The notes beneath the pieces are model-generated. The model searched no databases, was not told the origin of the DNA, and saw only the letters and a program-made list of their open reading frames with translations. Shown here in pieces: positions 60,101 to 64,000 of a DNA stretch of 64,000 nt. Source of the DNA: Lama guanicoe (lineage: Eukaryota). A program made the position numbers and the translations under genes. Within the stretch, counting starts at the first letter, position 1. The number at the start of each line of letters is the position of its first letter. The stretch lies in assembly GCA_013239625.1 (NCBI GenBank), contig MU054187.1, forward strand, positions 7,536,358-7,600,357, read 5' to 3'.

Positions 60101-60797
60101 ATCAGGCTTTTGGCAGCTGAAGAGTGGGCTGGGGTCCTGGCCAAGTCAGCCTGGGTCTCCAACGCACAAGGGGCTTCATCTGACATCTCTGTTACTCCGA
60201 TGTGGGGTCTTCTCTTTTCTTCCCTGTTCTCCTGTCTCTTCACGTCCCCCATCAGTCCTCAGGATGTAGAGGAAAACAACAGCAACAGCAAGACAACTCT
60301 AGACCTTTAAATGTGTAAGGAACGAGCTCTTTGGGGAAAACTTCAAAGATGGTAGAGGGACTAAACTTCAATATTTGGGAAATTGGGGAAGTTAGTAGAT
60401 TATAAACATCCGGAGGGAGGGAAATGGTTGCAATGTCCTGCGTGGAGACATTGGACATGAAACAATCATCCACGTAGTCAGTAAAAGCAGTTTACTGACC
60501 CTAAGCCACTGTGTTTTCCCTTATGTGTACTGGGCATTGATCAACACCTAGGAAAACATTAGTTTTTTAGGGGTCGTATGTTGATGTCCTAGTAAATTAT
60601 CCTAGAACATGAGAGCAATAGCTGTGATAATAACAGTTTTATTGAGTTGAAAATAAAATATTTGCCAAATACTTCTCTTCGCTTACTTAGGCTTACCTAA
60701 TTGTTTCCCACAGTTATATCTTTGTGTTTGGTGCCTACGTGTATGCCTTGCATCTGCCTCGTATGTATGTGTGTGTGTATTTTTAAGCTGGCCATTT

Positions 60798-60934
60798 AAA
60801 AACCTTAAAAAATTTTGGCGGGGTAAATAGGTTTTTATTTATGTATTTATCTTTACTGGAGGTACTGGGGATTGAACCCAGGACCTTGTGCACGCTAGGC
60901 ATGCAGTCTAACCACTGAGCATACGCTCCCCTAC
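60798..60934 (-). mobile_element. tRNA-derived SINE (vic-1-like) with 11-bp TSD
   Basis: 'ggaggtactggggattgaacccaggaccttgtgcacgctaggc...accactgagc'; TSD gctggccattt at 60787-60797 and 60935-60945. Confidence 0.92.
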
Positions 60935-61149
60935 GCTGGCCATTTTTAAACTTACTGTCTACTTTGACATTATGAGCTGTTTTTAAAATTATTCATAGTC
61001 CTGTCTGACATGGAGTCATCTACAGATACAACAAATACATTCTGAATTTTATGTGGTCAAATAACAGTGCCTGCAGGGGTCTCCTGGAGGACACCACTTG
61101 GTACCCTATATAGATCACCTTCTAGTTATCAAATTCACTTATTTCTATT

Positions 61150-61530
61150 CAAGTTGATCGATCCATTTGGCATCGGTAATGAACTTCTTGAAGCACTCTT
61201 TGTCCTTGAATTTCCAGATTTTGCTCTTTTCTGGTTCTCCTGTAGCTTCTCTCATTGCCTTTTCTCTTCTGCCACCCTCCCTCTGTCTATATGCCCCTGC
61301 TATGTCAGAGCTGGCATCTTAACTTCGTTTAAAAAATTTCTCTGCATACTTTGTCTAGGTCATCTTACACATTCATATGGTATGGCTTTAATAATTATTT
61401 TAAGCCGAAGGTTTCCAGATCTTTCTCTTAGCTGCATCTTGTCCCCCGGAACTCCAGGTTCATAGTTTCAACTACCTACTGGAGATGCAGGAGCAGGTGG
61501 GCTTCAAGCATTTCAGGCTCACAGATTCAA
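61150..61530 (+). mobile_element. L2 fragment
   Basis: 'cttcttgaagcactct...ttctggttctcctgtagcttctctc' and 'gaactccaggttcatagtttcaactacctactgga'. Confidence 0.6.
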
Positions 61531-61599
61531 CAGTAAATTGAACATCTGTGTGACGTCTGAGGGCAGGCAGTGGAGGCTTTGCCGCTTTGGCCTGAGATA

Positions 61600-61842
61600 G
61601 CATGAAAGGAAGCCCGTCTAGCCAACTGGAGGACGAGAGGCCATGCAGAAGAGGACCCAGGAAGCCCAGCTGACGACCGGCATCCACTGCTGACCTGTGA
61701 GTGAAGCTAGAAGTCTGCAGCCCCACCAGCCACTCCTGATGAACAGAGCCACATGCGTGAGCCCGGGTGAAGGCGGGAGAGGAATCTCACGGAAAACCTG
61801 CAGGATCACGTGGGATGATACATTGCTGCTCTTTTAGGCACA
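61600..61842 (+). mobile_element. MaLR LTR fragment (MLT1F/H-like)
   Basis: 'gaggccatgcagaagaggaccc...tgtgagtgaagc...ttgctgctcttttaggcac'. Confidence 0.55.
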
Positions 61843-62646
61843 CGACTTAAAAGATGGCAGGACTTGAAAGAGGAACAAGTCAATGTCATTCCCTTTAAGG
61901 AGCTTATAATCAGCTGGGAAAGGCATGTCACCTCCACTAAATAATTTCTGGCTCTCGTTTGAGTAGATTATGGGTACGATGGTAAAATCTTTCTCCCGCA
62001 GTTGTGAATAATTCTTGGCAGCTAGGAAAAGGACATCGAACAAAAATAAAATGAAGACAGAGAGACCTTGAGAAAAACCACATTTGGCCTAATAAAACAT
62101 GAAATATTGGAAACAGGGGGAGATACACATGCATAAAGCTGGGAAATTGGAGCCATTTATTTTGTGCATTATTTGGAAAGGAAGTATGAATTGAGCACTG
62201 TCCTAACCATCTCAGCTTTCCTCCGTGGGAGCAGGCAGGAGGAATATATTTACACCGAGTTCTTTACAGATATTACATATATTTTACATACAGCCTCTGA
62301 CAGACTCAATGTGGAGTGAGAGTAATCGTTTAGATACTTTTCCTTGCATTTATATTATAAACTCCATTTGGTGGGTGAATATGACTGTAAGCCTCAGCAT
62401 TCATATGCTAATGTTGTAAGTTGGAGTTGTCAAGAGAATTATGCACAGGCTTGAGTACATGTGTGTGTGAGTGAGTGACATCCGTGTTTGCCAAAGCAGC
62501 ATGTGCTCCTGAAGGGAGTGTGTCTGATCTTACTAGCTGTCTGGTCTCAGTTTCTCTCTCTAACGTGCCAGGAAGAAAATGTCTTTATCACTGAATATTT
62601 TGGTGATGCATGGATTCCAGGATGCCCTCCAGTGGTATGAGACATC

Positions 62647-62682
<36 letters not shown>
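62647..62682 (+). repeat. (TG)13(CG)4TG alternating purine-pyrimidine tract
   Basis: Directly visible. Confidence 0.95.
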
Positions 62683-62911
62683 GGGGACATGGATGGGCAT
62701 CTCTGTACATAGATTTATTAGGAAAAGGAGATTAGGGTGCTTTTTTGCTTCTGGGCTCATCAACATTATTTCATTTCATGGAATGTCTCATCATTCCATG
62801 GGCTATTTCCTAACATTCTTTCGGAATTTTGAACTCTTTTGGTTTCACTATATTTATGAGACCATTTAACATTCAACAGACAGAAGGGATGTGCTCTGAT
62901 ACACCACTCTT

Positions 62912-63213
62912 TTTTTTTAAATTGAAATAAAGTCAGTTTACAATGTTGTGTCAATTTCTGGTGTGCAGCATAGTGTTTCAATCATACATATACACACATA
63001 TATTCTTTTTCATGTTCATTTTCATTATAGTTTACTACAAGATATTGAATAGAGTCCCCTGTGCCATATAGAAGAAACTTGTGGCTTATCTATTTTATAT
63101 ATAGTAGTTAGCATCTGCAAATCTTGAACTCCCAATTTATCCCTCCCCTCCCCTTTGCCCCTGGTAACCCTAAGTTTGTTTTTTGCGTCTATGAGTCTGT
63201 TTCTGTTTTGTGG
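62912..63213 (-). mobile_element. Young L1 3' end (camelid-type) with TSD
   Basis: 'ttaaattgaaataaagtcagtttacaatgttgtgtcaatttctggtgtgcagcata'; TSD tacaccactctt (62900-62911) / tacttcactctt (63214-63225). Confidence 0.9.
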
Positions 63214-63359
63214 TACTTCACTCTTAACACTTAAATGGATCTTGTGTTTCTGTAAGCACAATAACCTTATTTAATTGAGTATTTTCAGTAGAAAAACCTT
63301 TTCTATATGACTTAAGCTTTAGTAATTTTGTGACAATTATAAGAAGCAGCAGAAGGTGT

Positions 63360-63590
63360 GGAGTTTAATATAGTTGAAAGGTACAGTTTGAGCAATGAAG
63401 CCAGAGGCAAAGCCCGGGAGGGTGGTCAATTCAAGTGAAGCCAGGGATGTCCCACTAGAGCCGTGGGTGTCCCTCTCTGGCCAGTGGGATGTCACTGAAG
63501 GATTATAAACTGAGAGAGGACACAATCAGATTCATTTTTGGGACAGATCACTTGGGTAAGGGTGTGAAGGAAAGACCTGTGCACGCAAGA
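63360..63590 (-). mobile_element. L2 fragment
   Basis: 'cactgaaggattataaactgagagaggacacaatcagattcatttttgggacagatcact'. Confidence 0.6.
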
Positions 63591-63677
63591 GTGGATCTCC
63601 TCTGTCACCAAATAAGGCATTTTACCCACTACCAACTATTTCTAAGCAAGTTTTTCAAGAACTAGAATGTGGAATGA

Positions 63678-63792
63678 TGCTTCGCAGTGTCTGGTTCTGC
63701 GTCCACCTGCATCAGAATTACTCAGGGGATGCTTGTTAAGCATGCTCATTCCCAGGACTCTCTCATACTTACTGAACTCGTATTTTTGCAGA
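63678..63792. mobile_element. MER5-like hAT-Charlie fragment
   Basis: 'ccacctgcatcagaattactcaggggatgcttgttaagcatgc...ttcccagg...tactgaa'. Confidence 0.65.
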
Positions 63793-64000
63793 TTGTTAAC
63801 GTTTCACCCCAACTTTGTTCAAGCTGCTCCCTTTGTCCAGAAAATTCTCCCTTTCTCTTTCCCCATCTTACTCATTTTTGGGGGTAATAAGCGAATGAGG
63901 CCCCTGGACTTATTTTAGCTTTCCCCACAGTGACTTAGAATTGGGTCGGGGACCCGCATCCCTGTGCCACTTTGAACACGTGGGGCCTGTCCATCGGGCT

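Noticed and set aside
59723..60310. Several overlapping ORFs up to 143 aa
   Set aside because: No recognisable protein, mostly non-ATG starts, and no consistent splice signals.
1..64000. CRISPR arrays, operons or other prokaryotic systems
   Set aside because: The sequence is clearly mammalian (MIR, L2, L1, MaLR, U6), with no regularly spaced repeat-spacer array and no dense coding.

Overview
Mammalian genomic DNA, most likely a camelid (alpaca/llama/camel). This assignment rests on three tRNA-derived SINEs of the vic-1 type and several young L1 3' ends of camelid type, and is recognised from memory rather than by search. I recognise no cellular protein-coding gene: the only ORF-track entries I can interpret are decayed L1 remnants. 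The window reads as intergenic or deep-intronic sequence filled with old (L2, MIR, MaLR/ERVL LTRs, hAT MITEs, L1M) and young (L1, SINE) retroelements and transposons. It also holds a 3'-truncated U6 retropseudogene, one 118-nt assembly gap and several repeat-free islands that look like enhancers or promoters. The most structured signal is a 2.9-kb direct tandem duplication (34320-37222 / 37224-40118). Each unit contains an older internal pair of about 65-120-nt elements 1100 nt apart, giving four copies of a motif that keeps a + strand hairpin through pairing-compatible substitutions. Also notable are a 5'-inverted L1 and a set of + strand exon candidates (5292-5382, 12289-12318, 12559-12652). 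Repeat subfamily names and boundaries are approximate. No new biological system can be established from the sequence alone.
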